Made by a program: the position numbers and the translations under genes
Shown: positions 51,501-59,660 of the stretch, in pieces
Layout of the letters: each line of letters opens with the position of its first letter
How positions within the stretch are numbered: position 1 is the stretch's first letter
Assembly (NCBI GenBank): GCA_903834625.1
Contig: CAILJQ010000115.1
Span: 1 to 62,541 of the forward strand
Source of the DNA: an uncultured Bacteroidota bacterium
Lineage (GTDB): Bacteria > Bacteroidota > Bacteroidia > UKL13-3
DNA length: 62,541 nt
Direction of reading: 5' to 3'
The notes under the pieces: model-generated
The model's database searches: none
What the model saw: only the letters and a program-made list of their open reading frames with translations
What the model was told of the DNA's origin: nothing

Positions 51501-51572
51501 AGCTTGGCCGCTAACAATTGTCCCAAAGCAACTGAAAATAAACAGTAGCAAATAGGTAAAGAATTTATTCAT
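45537..51572 (-). CDS. Large T9SS cargo protein: about 14 propeller repeats, 4 FN3-like repeats, 7 SBBP repeats, LamG domain, type-A CTD
   Basis: Signal peptide; IAVDASGNVFVTG-type units x7; LamG WVHVALTY..LYLNG..GSIDDVRIY.RALS; CTD VWPNPS...IVDLSGK. Confidence 0.85.
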   Translation of the reverse strand: MNKFFTYLLLFIFSCFGTIVSGQAPTIFNGGLRFNGDVLTQTSAAGVTYFGGNFTSINSKTGPLVGYNSLNLQLNVNNTYKKINGTIRKVISDGAGGYYVGGQFSYSNGTSNYYNLIRISSANVVTPVGNNSNLGFVNDLIINSGKLYVLRSTGVTRVNLATNVYDNLNIAGDARCAYFYGTKLYFGGKFFRNGNNQSILTYDIPSQIVDSWNPGISSTNVNGSLNIAIVNCFAAHNGILYYGGTNIAFVNNIAKSNFGGINLSNNSPAPINVMVIGTSVNAMTVIGNNLFIGGLFTYMRSSMSSPLYSRLNLGLVTLGTNQVHATWSPNPSGQVNSLSFVQNLLSVGGNFFSIGGQGRSNLAFYLSPSTTSPTLSATVKPDPNGQVFFVGVFGTQMMIAGQFSEFIHTHAQGIAAINSTTGLPISFAAKITSVTAVNVIHVVGTNIFIGGAFGTVNNISRNNFAVVNTLGNLVNTINLTFNNTVRSITNNGNDIFVGGDFNLVTNVLTGVQTPRTFLVKLNVSNNQAVVNTTFIPSLGSVSNIAAVKTVKIIGGDVFVGGLFTSPKNKLAKLNITSGVAQNFDARIIGTNSSIIVNDIIQVDANRIAIAGAFPSGFSQTVFNPANTFNYGAAGLGGLAVVNVLSGNLNTRNTEVSTVNNMVKQFGQSIEYVDQAGIKSFSLINGVSSNLMLTYNNARSVSFLNNQYLFSGGFTVTIPNSEFKYVGTLNYTPPSPPTATSSNFFISNTTFNGMRVNWSQGNGERRIVIAKIGGYPTAFPISGLSYSANGSYGSGAMIGGGFVVYDGTGNFANITNLNPLTTYYFRVIEYNGNGINTMYGASPLNGTGTTLAFPTPTLSATGISFPTVNQNSIVMNWTRGNGNSCLVVAKSGSPVDFTPLPNTNYSVNSVFNFAPVGNNNFALYKGSANSLVVSNLSPGVTYHFAVFEFNQFNNLISYKTINPAVGNVTTPAMATPPTIAASGISFSNLTSSITQVLWSANGNGNRRMLLGIQGVFTPTNVYATNGMSYSANSNFSSTGGSQLMVRGTLNGLTGNYYAKVLYNGIGNNVPVTGLLANTFYTYMVVEYNIIGSNLNSAAYLTNPILVGSKKTDANLQPPSVSAYNPKSVENNNSIRFKWTNGNGSNRIVVMRQSLPVSFVPADNVTYPANTNFTLGTDLGSGQKVVYNGNTGNSVEITGLMPYTNYHFAVYEYNSLFNNITSTTEIAYKTTGPCTYTVKTAPANWPRTAGGSEADASGSIAVDASGNVFVTGTVRGNVNFGLTELVANSNDIFLAKYNSTGDLLWVKLAGGVGDDASAAVVLDASNNAYLVGSFRNTATFDTISLVSAGSDDGFIAKYSSSGNAIWAKSFGSSSQDVANALAMDGTGNLLVGGFHSGTTNFSGTSTSITTNGNSDLLIAKYNPSGTLVWAKGGGSPGYDFAFGIGADQNNNVYACGEIKGTASFGTVNSTYSGSADAILVKFDASGNPQYANAYGSTGDDKGMFLDIDANGNVYMVGAFSNTVAFGSTSLISAGITDGYLVKITGANGTVQWVKQQGGASQDITSGVDLGTNGEVFITGSFGGLANFDAQTLTSLGNLDIFVAIYSNTGILNVARRFGGPLDDAARGIFAIIPNNTYISGYFNTTASFGGFDVNTKVQPLPPNGNWDVFVHNIGSTYNSDPSADLISWHRFNGNANDFSGNGFNGTIVSPGSPNAVTSINDRNGTPSSAYDFSGTGRVGFNISNNSNFNNLNEVTVMAWAKVASFTGSANAVDRAIIGSDAATGMAFSLQITPDQSLFGQFTDNTGVCIGIAASPIYSYPTGSWVHVALTYENGIQTRLYLNGSVAGTTGAFVANKTIDLANRHYTIGAIGSSVTGPFVNSYNMNGSIDDVRIYKRALSAVQIQDIILSASNVSAPPPQENRSTKLGTDDYLNVWPNPSNGNITVELINEAEQLIAFTIVDLSGKVVYQENANSFEAGMVRKTIDLQGMPAGFYTLQVMKGNELKNYKLIFNN

Positions 51573-51699
51573 AGTAAAAAAAATTAGTTTTAAAGGAATT
51601 TAATTACCAAATCTAATACATATAAAATTGGCAATCAATACAAAAGGCAGAAATATTCCAAGTAGGAAAGTCGAAATTAACTACCTAAAATTAGGCATT

Positions 51700-52110
51700 T
51701 TAAAGACTAACTTCGTAAGTTTCGGGTACTGTAGGAATGGCATTAGGAATGCTCAAAATATTCCCTTCTAGATCAATCCACTGATAGCCAACTGTTTGGC
51801 CTTTTTTACTTACCTTGATAAAAATAGAATTCATTTGAGGGAATTCTTGATTGATTTTTAAATAAGTATTCATTTGCTGATTCGGAATTATTTCTACTTC
51901 AGCATACCAAATGTTTTTTTCAATCAAATAGCTTGCTTTCAAAAACATTCTTTCATCAGATTTCAGGTACCCATCTATAATATCAACAGAAAGGATGCTG
52001 CCATCTCTCCCCTTTTCAAATCCTGCATAAATTTTATAGAGCGAGGTAAAATCTTCTTTGAAGATATTTGGAGTAGATATTTGAGTTTGGGTATTCATTG
52101 AATTCATCAT
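51700..52110 (-). CDS. Hypothetical protein
   Basis: Open frame. An exact TAGCTTTG -7 box at 52123-52130 lies inside the track's TTG-started ORF, so the true start is probably ATG at 52110 or later. Confidence 0.55.
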   Translation of the reverse strand: MMNSMNTQTQISTPNIFKEDFTSLYKIYAGFEKGRDGSILSVDIIDGYLKSDERMFLKASYLIEKNIWYAEVEIIPNQQMNTYLKINQEFPQMNSIFIKVSKKGQTVGYQWIDLEGNILSIPNAIPTVPETYEVSL

Positions 52111-52194
52111 AGCTAACGAATACAAAGCTAATGCCTTCAAATCACTTCTATGTTACCAAATATTTATAGTTTGATACCACTTAATAAATTATTA

Positions 52195-53658
52195 CTACAA
52201 GATATTGTATTGTGTGCCTTCCTTGCCATCCTTAATCTCAATGCCTAAATCTTTCAATTTATCTCTGATAAAATCGGAAGTGGCAAAGTCTTTTTTACTT
52301 TTGGCTTCGTTTCTTACACCTAAAACCATTTGCATCAAACCATCTATCTTAGCTGAACCAGCTTGCTCTTCATGTTTTAGTCCAAGTACTTGAAATACAA
52401 TTGTATGCAAGAAGGATGCTAAATCTAACTTATCCTCTTCAGTTAAGCTTTCTTTTCCGTCGTTAACCAAATTGACCAAACGTGCCAAATCAAAAAGTTC
52501 TGCAAGGGCAATTGGTGTGTTAAAATCTTCATTCAAAGCCGCATATACCTTTTCCTTTATCTCGGTTGTAGAGAAGCTACTTTTACTGCTTGTTTTTAAA
52601 TTTGGTAATAACTTGCAGGCGTTTAACAATCGGGCAAGGCCTTTCTCAGCAGCTTGTAGGGCATCATTCCTAAAGTCGAGGGTACTTCTATAATGAGCTT
52701 GCAACATAAAGAAGCGAACGGTCATTGGACTATAACCTTTATCAAGCAATGGATGTTTTCCGCTGAATAGTTCTTCAGGTAAAAACGAATTCCCCAAACT
52801 CTTACTCATTTTTTGGCCATTAACAGTAAGCATATTGGTATGAACCCAGTACTTGGCAGGTTGTGTATGATGGCATGCTAAGTTTTGTGCAATTTCATTG
52901 GTATGGTGGGTTGGAACCAAGTCCATTCCACCTCCATGAATATCAAATTCATTGCCCAAATATTTAGAGCTCATGGCAGAACATTCTATGTGCCACCCAG
53001 GAAAACCTTCTCCCCACGGACTTTGCCACTTCATTAAATGCTCAGGTTTGGCTTTTATCCATAGGGCAAAATCAAGCCTCCCTTTTTTTTCATCTTGTCC
53101 GTCTAGTTCGCGTGTATTGTTTAATAGCTCATCTAGGTTACGATTTGATAAAGCAGTGTAATTATGTTCTTTGGAGAATTTTTCTACATCAAAATAAACA
53201 GTTCCATTTGTTTCATATGCATATCCATTAGCAAGGATTTTTTTGGTCATTTCAATTTGTTCAATGATATGACCAGTTGCAGTTGGCTCAATGCTCGGTG
53301 GAAGGGTGTTAAACTGCTCCAATACCTTATGAAAATCGAGGGTATATCTTTGCACGATCTCCATGGGTTCAACCTGTTCTAACTTGGCTTTTTTAGCAAA
53401 TTTATCATCTCCTTCATCCCTGTCTCCCTCAAGGTGTCCGGCATCTGTGATGTTTCTAACATACCTTACTTTGTAACCTAAATGGGTGAGGTATCTAAAA
53501 ATAATATCAAAAGAAATATAGGTTCGGGCATTGCCTAAATGTGCATTGCTATATACTGTTGGTCCGCAAACATACATACCCACATAGCCAGTATGTAAAG
53601 GTTTAAAAATGGAGCTTTCCTTTGTAAGGGTATTGTATATTTTAAGTTCAGAATTCAT
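52195..53658 (-). CDS. cysS: Cysteine--tRNA ligase
   Basis: MYVCGPTVY, HLGN, PGWHIECSAM, HGGG.DL, KMSKS. Confidence 0.97.
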   Translation of the reverse strand: MNSELKIYNTLTKESSIFKPLHTGYVGMYVCGPTVYSNAHLGNARTYISFDIIFRYLTHLGYKVRYVRNITDAGHLEGDRDEGDDKFAKKAKLEQVEPMEIVQRYTLDFHKVLEQFNTLPPSIEPTATGHIIEQIEMTKKILANGYAYETNGTVYFDVEKFSKEHNYTALSNRNLDELLNNTRELDGQDEKKGRLDFALWIKAKPEHLMKWQSPWGEGFPGWHIECSAMSSKYLGNEFDIHGGGMDLVPTHHTNEIAQNLACHHTQPAKYWVHTNMLTVNGQKMSKSLGNSFLPEELFSGKHPLLDKGYSPMTVRFFMLQAHYRSTLDFRNDALQAAEKGLARLLNACKLLPNLKTSSKSSFSTTEIKEKVYAALNEDFNTPIALAELFDLARLVNLVNDGKESLTEEDKLDLASFLHTIVFQVLGLKHEEQAGSAKIDGLMQMVLGVRNEAKSKKDFATSDFIRDKLKDLGIEIKDGKEGTQYNIL

Positions 53659-53675
53659 AAGTGATAACTATGGCG

Positions 53676-53683
53676 CAAAAATA
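53676..53683 (-). promoter_or_regulatory. -7 box (TATTTTTG) for cysS
   Basis: Exact TAnnTTTG. Confidence 0.55.
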
Positions 53684-53688
53684 CAATT

Positions 53689-54993
53689 TTATTCGAATAA
53701 GCCTTGATAAACCTGATCCCAATCTTGCCATCCAGATTCTATATCGAAGCTTGAATTATGCCAAATGCTAATGAATTCACCATTTACTTTTTGCACTTCA
53801 CTTTTCAATTTTTTGATTAAGTCAATAGCTTCTTGAGGGTTTAGGTTCAAACTATTTTTTAAGGTTACATCCATTAAACAAGGTGAGTGAACCCAAATAT
53901 CTAAAGTTTTATTTTTAGGCAGATGAAAAAATTGAAATGGAAAACAGGTAGATGCCCTAAACCCAACTTGAGAGGAATAGGCTAGGCTATAATCGTTTTT
54001 TATTCCTAATGTTTCCATCCATTCATAGCTTTCTGGAAGTCTAATTTTAAGAAAATGGTGTCTTGATAGGATTGGTTTTGAATGAAACAATTTCTCAAAT
54101 AAGGTATGCTCCTGTTTGTATACTTTGGCATTAATTCCTGCTTTGTATGAAGGATGAATTCCACATAGGTTGTGCTGCTTAAGTTTGTTTATTAATTCAA
54201 GCATTTCAAGTGATTGTGGAGCTATGTTTTTATCATGTCCACCATAGTCTGCCAAGAGGAAAAAAAAGTAGGTTTTTATATTCTTTACAGAAGGATATTT
54301 CAAGAGTGAGTCATAGGTATCATATGGATCTTCTGCTGGAGGATGCAGGGCTTTGTTATCTGGTTTTTTTCTCAACCAAGACCCTAAATATTTTTTTGAT
54401 TTTTGCCAAAATGACAAGCCTTTGTATTTGTAGGCAAAGTCAATATCAATGGTATTAAGTTGCGTATATTTTGGAGAAGTAAAAGATAATTCTGGGTATT
54501 GTTTTTTGAGCAGGAGTGCAAATTGGTTCAGCCAAATATCTACCAAAGGTAATTGTAAAAAGTTTTGTTTACATGCAAGGCTATCTTCCGGTTTGAACCT
54601 ATTATGTTCATCTTTTTTACTCAAAAAATATTCTTCATACCTGCTTAACAAATAAAAGCTAGCAGAGAGGATATCAAATGGAAGATGTATGGTATGTTTC
54701 CTAAAATCTGGTATTTCCTGAAAGGATGTTTCAAAGAATAGAAAATGCCATGGCTCTGCGGGTATTACCTCAATTTGTTGTGGTCTAATATTTTCTTCGT
54801 ATAACAAATTTATGGCAGGAATATTTAAACAACCTTCCACAATTTCTGTTCCATAATTGATGCGCAAAGAAGGTGATTTTTCGAAATAGGTTGGGTTGTC
54901 GGTTAATTTGTATGATAAGCCTAACCTTACTACCAAAATTTGGTTGAGAATAAAAATAAGTCGTTCAGATGGATGTGCTGCAAATACAAGCAT
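53689..54993 (-). CDS. Polysaccharide deacetylase-family protein (DUF7033-type)
   Basis: FDILSASFYLLSRYEEY, TIDID, GIHPSY, SRHHFL, GFRASTCFPF, MDVTL, IWHN. Confidence 0.8.
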   Translation of the reverse strand: MLVFAAHPSERLIFILNQILVVRLGLSYKLTDNPTYFEKSPSLRINYGTEIVEGCLNIPAINLLYEENIRPQQIEVIPAEPWHFLFFETSFQEIPDFRKHTIHLPFDILSASFYLLSRYEEYFLSKKDEHNRFKPEDSLACKQNFLQLPLVDIWLNQFALLLKKQYPELSFTSPKYTQLNTIDIDFAYKYKGLSFWQKSKKYLGSWLRKKPDNKALHPPAEDPYDTYDSLLKYPSVKNIKTYFFFLLADYGGHDKNIAPQSLEMLELINKLKQHNLCGIHPSYKAGINAKVYKQEHTLFEKLFHSKPILSRHHFLKIRLPESYEWMETLGIKNDYSLAYSSQVGFRASTCFPFQFFHLPKNKTLDIWVHSPCLMDVTLKNSLNLNPQEAIDLIKKLKSEVQKVNGEFISIWHNSSFDIESGWQDWDQVYQGLFE

Positions 54994-55008
54994 AGCGCAA
55001 TGTACGAA

Positions 55009-56313
55009 TTATCCTTTCCAATATTTTATAACTTCTACAAGGCTTTTCGGGTTTGCGGCCTGAATAAAAACTTTCAGTCCCTCCTTAGGTTTGTACGCAA
55101 GAATCATAAAGAAAAAAGAAACATACGCACCAAGCACTGCTGAAAGGGCGGCGCCTTTTATTCCTAGACTAGGGATAAGAATAAACTCCGAACCTAAAAT
55201 AATACAAGCACTTATAAGCTGCATCCAGAGTATGTACTTTTGCTTCTGAATAGTCATCATCCATACTCCCCAAGCCGTTCCCCAAAATATGGGTAAGCAG
55301 GCAAAAATGTGGATCTTAAATATAAGTGGTGCACCCGGAAATTTACTTCCATATAAAAATCCTATAACCCAATCGCCAAAGAGCATGCCCCCTAAAATCA
55401 TTATTACACCACCCCAAAACATGAGGCTGTATAACTGAACCAAACGTTTGAGCTGCAATTCGGTGTTGTCTCTATTGTTTACAATGCCAGGAAATACTGC
55501 CGCACAAATAGCCACGGGTATAAAGTAAGAAGCCTGACTAATTCTTAATCCTGCGCCATACTGTCCAACCTGACCCATATCTCTTATAAAGCGTGCAATT
55601 AAAATGGTATCTGCATTTTGGGTAAGTAATTGAACAAAAGAAGAAGCAATGATAGGAATAGCCAATAGAAGTAAATATTTGGCCTCAGGAAAACTAAATT
55701 TCCATTGAGAAATTTTTTCTCCCTCTTTGTGGTAAAAAAGCAATTGGTTACCAGCAGTAATAGCCGCCTCAAGGCCTGCCATAGTTGCAAACCATTCTAA
55801 TGGAGCCTCCCAATAAATGAGTCCTAATTTAACCAATGCAGACACCGCCAAAGTTATTACTTGATTGATAGCAGTAAGTTTTCCTTTTACCTGCGATTGA
55901 AAATAAAAATCAATCACAGTGATAGATTGGAAAACAATGGAAAGACTTAATAGAAATACAATATAGGTAGTAGAAAGTGGGTCGCGCAAGAGGGAGTAGG
56001 TGCACGACATAGCCACTACCCCAACAGAACCTATTAAGCGCAATCCAAATGCTGTGCCTAAGATGGTATATTTTTTATCGTTCCTGGTAAGCAATTCGCG
56101 CACCACCAAGCTATCTAATCCCAAGGTAGAGAAAATAGTGAAAACCCCTATGTAGCTTAAGCCAAGGGTAAGAATTCCAAACTGTTTATCACCTAAATAT
56201 CTTACTACTAAAATCCCTACCAATATGCCAGAAATGATTCTCGCAGACTTTTCAAGTAACATCCAAAAGGAGTTGCTTACATAGTTGTTTTTTTCTTTGG
56301 GAGCTTCCTGCAT
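55009..56313 (-). CDS. Wzx-type polysaccharide flippase (MOP family)
   Basis: NSFW.L.EK, RYLG..FG, LGLD..VVREL, FQSQVK; many TM segments. Confidence 0.85.
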   Translation of the reverse strand: MQEAPKEKNNYVSNSFWMLLEKSARIISGILVGILVVRYLGDKQFGILTLGLSYIGVFTIFSTLGLDSLVVRELLTRNDKKYTILGTAFGLRLIGSVGVVAMSCTYSLLRDPLSTTYIVFLLSLSIVFQSITVIDFYFQSQVKGKLTAINQVITLAVSALVKLGLIYWEAPLEWFATMAGLEAAITAGNQLLFYHKEGEKISQWKFSFPEAKYLLLLAIPIIASSFVQLLTQNADTILIARFIRDMGQVGQYGAGLRISQASYFIPVAICAAVFPGIVNNRDNTELQLKRLVQLYSLMFWGGVIMILGGMLFGDWVIGFLYGSKFPGAPLIFKIHIFACLPIFWGTAWGVWMMTIQKQKYILWMQLISACIILGSEFILIPSLGIKGAALSAVLGAYVSFFFMILAYKPKEGLKVFIQAANPKSLVEVIKYWKG

Positions 56314-56315
56314 GC

Positions 56316-56876
56316 TTATTTGTTAAAGTCGTTCATGGTAGCTGCAAGGCCTCTGGTGGCAAAGCTTTCTACTGCCTGAACCGATTTTTGAATGAGGGGT
56401 GGCATTTCTATTAATTCTTCATTCGACCATCTGCCTAACACAAAATCTACTTGCCTTCCTTTCGGAAAATTATTACCAATACCGAAGCGTAATCTAGGAT
56501 AATTTTGGGTCAGCAAAAGTTCTTGAATACTTTTTAATCCATTATGTCCGGCATCACTTCCATTTCCACGAATCCTAATTTTTCCAAATTGAATGGCCAA
56601 ATCATCTACCAATACAAATATATTTTCTACGGGAATTTTAAGGGTTTGCATCCAATACCTAACGGCTTTACCACTCAAATTCATATAGGTGTTGGGTTTT
56701 ATTATGTAAAGGTGCCTTCCTCTCAATGATATTTCACATAAGTCGGCATACCTATCTGGTTTAAAAGTTTCTTTGTACTTTTCTGCTAGGGCGTCTGCTA
56801 CGTCAAAACCAATATTATGACGGGTATTTGCGTATTCATCACCTATATTACCAAGACCAACAATTAGGAATTTCAT
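56316..56876 (-). CDS. pth: Peptidyl-tRNA hydrolase
   Basis: LIVGLGNIG..Y..TRHNIGF, KPNTYMNLSG, GHNGLKSI. Confidence 0.97.
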   Translation of the reverse strand: MKFLIVGLGNIGDEYANTRHNIGFDVADALAEKYKETFKPDRYADLCEISLRGRHLYIIKPNTYMNLSGKAVRYWMQTLKIPVENIFVLVDDLAIQFGKIRIRGNGSDAGHNGLKSIQELLLTQNYPRLRFGIGNNFPKGRQVDFVLGRWSNEELIEMPPLIQKSVQAVESFATRGLAATMNDFNK

Positions 56877-56939
56877 TTGGTTGCAAAATAGGTAATTTTA
56901 GATATTCCTATGGTTGATTTGTGTAACTGGTTCAAAAAC

Positions 56940-56973
56940 AAAAAAGCCACCTAAAATTTTAGGTGGCTTTTTT
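56940..56973 (-). terminator. Intrinsic terminator after the lipoprotein gene
   Basis: AAAAAAGCCACCTAAAATTTTAGGTGGCTTTTTT perfect palindrome. Confidence 0.85.
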
Positions 56974-56992
56974 AATGTCTACTAATTCAATC

Positions 56993-58741
56993 TTATAATG
57001 GGCAAGTTTTTAAGGTAATATTTGCACTATAAACACCTGAACCTTTTATGGCATCTGTGTAGCCAGGTGCTGGAGTAACATAATCCTCTCTAGATGATTT
57101 GCTTCCATCATTGTAATACACGGCAAATCTGTATTGTGTGCCTGTTGCACTCGAGGTAAAATAGTCGTCGCCAACTGAAAAGGAAATCAAATTATAGGCT
57201 TCATTGGATCCTGTAATCGCTCTAAGTTGCTTCTTTTTCCATTCAACTCCATCTACAAGACCATCTGAAGGATCTATTTTATGGTCTTTAGAAGAATTGT
57301 TAGGGTCTCTAACAATTGTGTTTTGGTATTCAGTTTCCTTTATGTAATATATCGTATAATTATCGGGCAATAAAACTTGGTTTCCGTTGGTACACAACAT
57401 TTTTACTTTAAATTGAATTTGGTTAGTATTAATGGTTGGAACTGTAGCTTTTAAGGCTGAATTACAAAGAACCGTATTGTTAAATTCAACAGGATTTGAA
57501 ACTCCTTCGAAGGTTATTTTTACATTGTATTTAGTGCCTTCACTTGGTCTGAAAGTTCCAACAGTAATTCTATAATTTGAGTTACTTGCTGGGACTGTAA
57601 AGTTAACGCTTGCAAGTAGGGCATTTGCAATTGAATAGACTTCAAATTTGCCAGAAATGGCATTTACATTGGCTGAGTTATCGTATCCAAGCTCTAATAC
57701 ATTTCCGCAAGGAGCCAATATAATTCCCGCCATCCAAACAGATAAGTGGTTGATAGACATAGGCGCCTCTAATTTATTGGTTGAATCATTCTTTACAACC
57801 TTAGTGGTGCCTTCTTTTACCCATGTATTTTCACCTGCAGACAAGCTGTAAACATCTAAATCATCTCCAGCAACATAGGCAACCCCTGTTTTTGGATTAA
57901 TGGTACCTGGTTTGATTTCCATGTTAACTGATACAGGCTGAGAAAAGGTTTTTACCTGTTTTCCACCGGCACTCATCTCAAAATTTACCCATCCTGTTGT
58001 ACTAATTTCACCACCTGGAAGTGCTGCACCTGATGCATCTTTGGTGCCGGCAATGGTAATACCTCCTGGGAATGAACCTATAGAACTGTCGGTTGGAGTT
58101 GCATGTAAAATTTTAGCCTCAATAGTACCAACTACATTGTTGCCATCTTTGTCTTTTAATTGGGTACCCGCTTCAATTTCAACGGTTGCTGCCTCTTCTT
58201 TACCTTGAGCTTTAGGGATAACAATTTCTACTTTTGTGGTTGTTTTTCCTGAAGTGTCTGCAGGAACATCTTGTTTCTTGCCTGTTGAACCAGAAGGTGG
58301 ATTATCAAAGTTTACCAAAGAAATATTTTCAGAAAATTGGTCTAATGAGGTAATTTCAACAGGGTATACCAAATCTAGGTATTTACTGTTATGAAATTCA
58401 AAATTGAATTTTATAGGATTTGCAGCGGTTGGAACAAATCCTTTTCTGAGTGAGAATTGCAATACTCCTTGGATAACTACAATTTTCTTTGTACCACCTG
58501 GTGAAAAAACATAGGCAGCGCCAGGTCCAGTTACGGCTACCTCATAATTAGCAGGAAGATCTGCTTGGTTACCCGTTTTTGAATCGAGCACAAAAAAATT
58601 GTTGGGAGCTTGCAAGGCATCTGCCTTCACAATAATTTTAAAACCATCTGTTGGGTTTTTTAATTTACAGGCATCTAATAGTAAGATACTTGTTGTAATG
58701 CCTACTAATGCAAATAGGCTAAAAAATATATTTTTTTTCAT
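56993..58741 (-). CDS. Hypothetical surface lipoprotein (beta-rich, NHLSVW motif)
   Basis: Lipobox LDAC; ZU5-like segment ..VYS....W..EG......NHLSVW. Confidence 0.7.
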   Translation of the reverse strand: MKKNIFFSLFALVGITTSILLLDACKLKNPTDGFKIIVKADALQAPNNFFVLDSKTGNQADLPANYEVAVTGPGAAYVFSPGGTKKIVVIQGVLQFSLRKGFVPTAANPIKFNFEFHNSKYLDLVYPVEITSLDQFSENISLVNFDNPPSGSTGKKQDVPADTSGKTTTKVEIVIPKAQGKEEAATVEIEAGTQLKDKDGNNVVGTIEAKILHATPTDSSIGSFPGGITIAGTKDASGAALPGGEISTTGWVNFEMSAGGKQVKTFSQPVSVNMEIKPGTINPKTGVAYVAGDDLDVYSLSAGENTWVKEGTTKVVKNDSTNKLEAPMSINHLSVWMAGIILAPCGNVLELGYDNSANVNAISGKFEVYSIANALLASVNFTVPASNSNYRITVGTFRPSEGTKYNVKITFEGVSNPVEFNNTVLCNSALKATVPTINTNQIQFKVKMLCTNGNQVLLPDNYTIYYIKETEYQNTIVRDPNNSSKDHKIDPSDGLVDGVEWKKKQLRAITGSNEAYNLISFSVGDDYFTSSATGTQYRFAVYYNDGSKSSREDYVTPAPGYTDAIKGSGVYSANITLKTCPL

Positions 58742-58773
58742 GAGTTAATTTTTTTTAAAATGGGAACTTGGAA

Positions 58774-59529
58774 TTACTTTGAGATTTTGAAATTGAAACC
58801 CATATTCATCATAGGTAACCAATTGTAATCAGCAACATTGCCTTGTAAAACAGGTTGTTGTGAAGAAGTTGGTTCAAGCATTCCAGTGGTTTTGAAAGAA
58901 ATGTTTGGTTGGTTAATATAATAAGCGCCCATTTCAAAATTAAAAGAGAACCTCTTTTTAGGCACTGCTCTACCAAAACCAATTCCAACATAAGGAACTA
59001 TTGGTCCCATAGTTGCACCTATACTTATAATACCTTGTTCTTCTGGAGAAATCATGATATCACCCTGTTTGGCAGAATCAACCGGAGTAGCGGTGAAACT
59101 TGCTTCTGTTAACATATATGATAAGCCTGCAGTGAATTTAAAAGCATTCTTCATGGGATAAAAATCAATCATGGCATTGATAGCACCTAATTTGATATCT
59201 CCATTTAAGTTTAGCTTTGAACCATCTAATTCCAATTGCATGTTGCTAATAGAATAAGGCAAATAGCTAGCACCTATTTCAAAAGCTAGTAATTTGGAAG
59301 TTCCAATATCTCGCGCAAATTGAAGTCCAATGCCATTTGTGGAGAAATTCACCCCAATGGCTGAACCTGGTTTGGCATCCGATTTTGCCGCAGGGGCTGG
59401 TTTTGCCGCAGGTGCAGGAGCTGGTTTGGCAGCAGGCGCTGGCGCAGGTTTTGTTGCAGGTGCTGGCGTTTGTGCAAACGTCACAAGGCTACATGCAAAA
59501 AGGTAGGAGAGTAGAATTATTTTTTTCAT
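58774..59529 (-). CDS. Outer-membrane beta-barrel-like protein with Pro/Ala/Lys linker
   Basis: Signal MKKIILL...TFA-Q at 59529; PAPAPAAK repeats; STNGIG, DFYP, PYVGIGFG, FEMGAYY. Confidence 0.7.
   Translation of the reverse strand: MKKIILLSYLFACSLVTFAQTPAPATKPAPAPAAKPAPAPAAKPAPAAKSDAKPGSAIGVNFSTNGIGLQFARDIGTSKLLAFEIGASYLPYSISNMQLELDGSKLNLNGDIKLGAINAMIDFYPMKNAFKFTAGLSYMLTEASFTATPVDSAKQGDIMISPEEQGIISIGATMGPIVPYVGIGFGRAVPKKRFSFNFEMGAYYINQPNISFKTTGMLEPTSSQQPVLQGNVADYNWLPMMNMGFNFKISK
59383..59466 (-). repeat. PAPA(PA)AK low-complexity tandem repeat
   Basis: PAPATKPAPAPAAKPAPAPAAKPAPAAK with diverged synonymous codons. Confidence 0.8.
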
Positions 59530-59599
59530 AGTACTATATTCTGTAGTCACGAAACTAAAGTTCTTCTATTATTTTATCAAATTAATTTTCTGCTTAAAC

Positions 59600-59636
59600 A
59601 AAAAAAACGGGGCTCACATCGCTGTAGGCCCCGTTT
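59600..59636 (-). terminator. Intrinsic terminator after rplY
   Basis: AAACGGGGC...GCCCCGTTTTTTTT on the sense strand. Confidence 0.8.
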
Positions 59637-59660
59637 ATCCTGAATAAAAAATATATTAAA

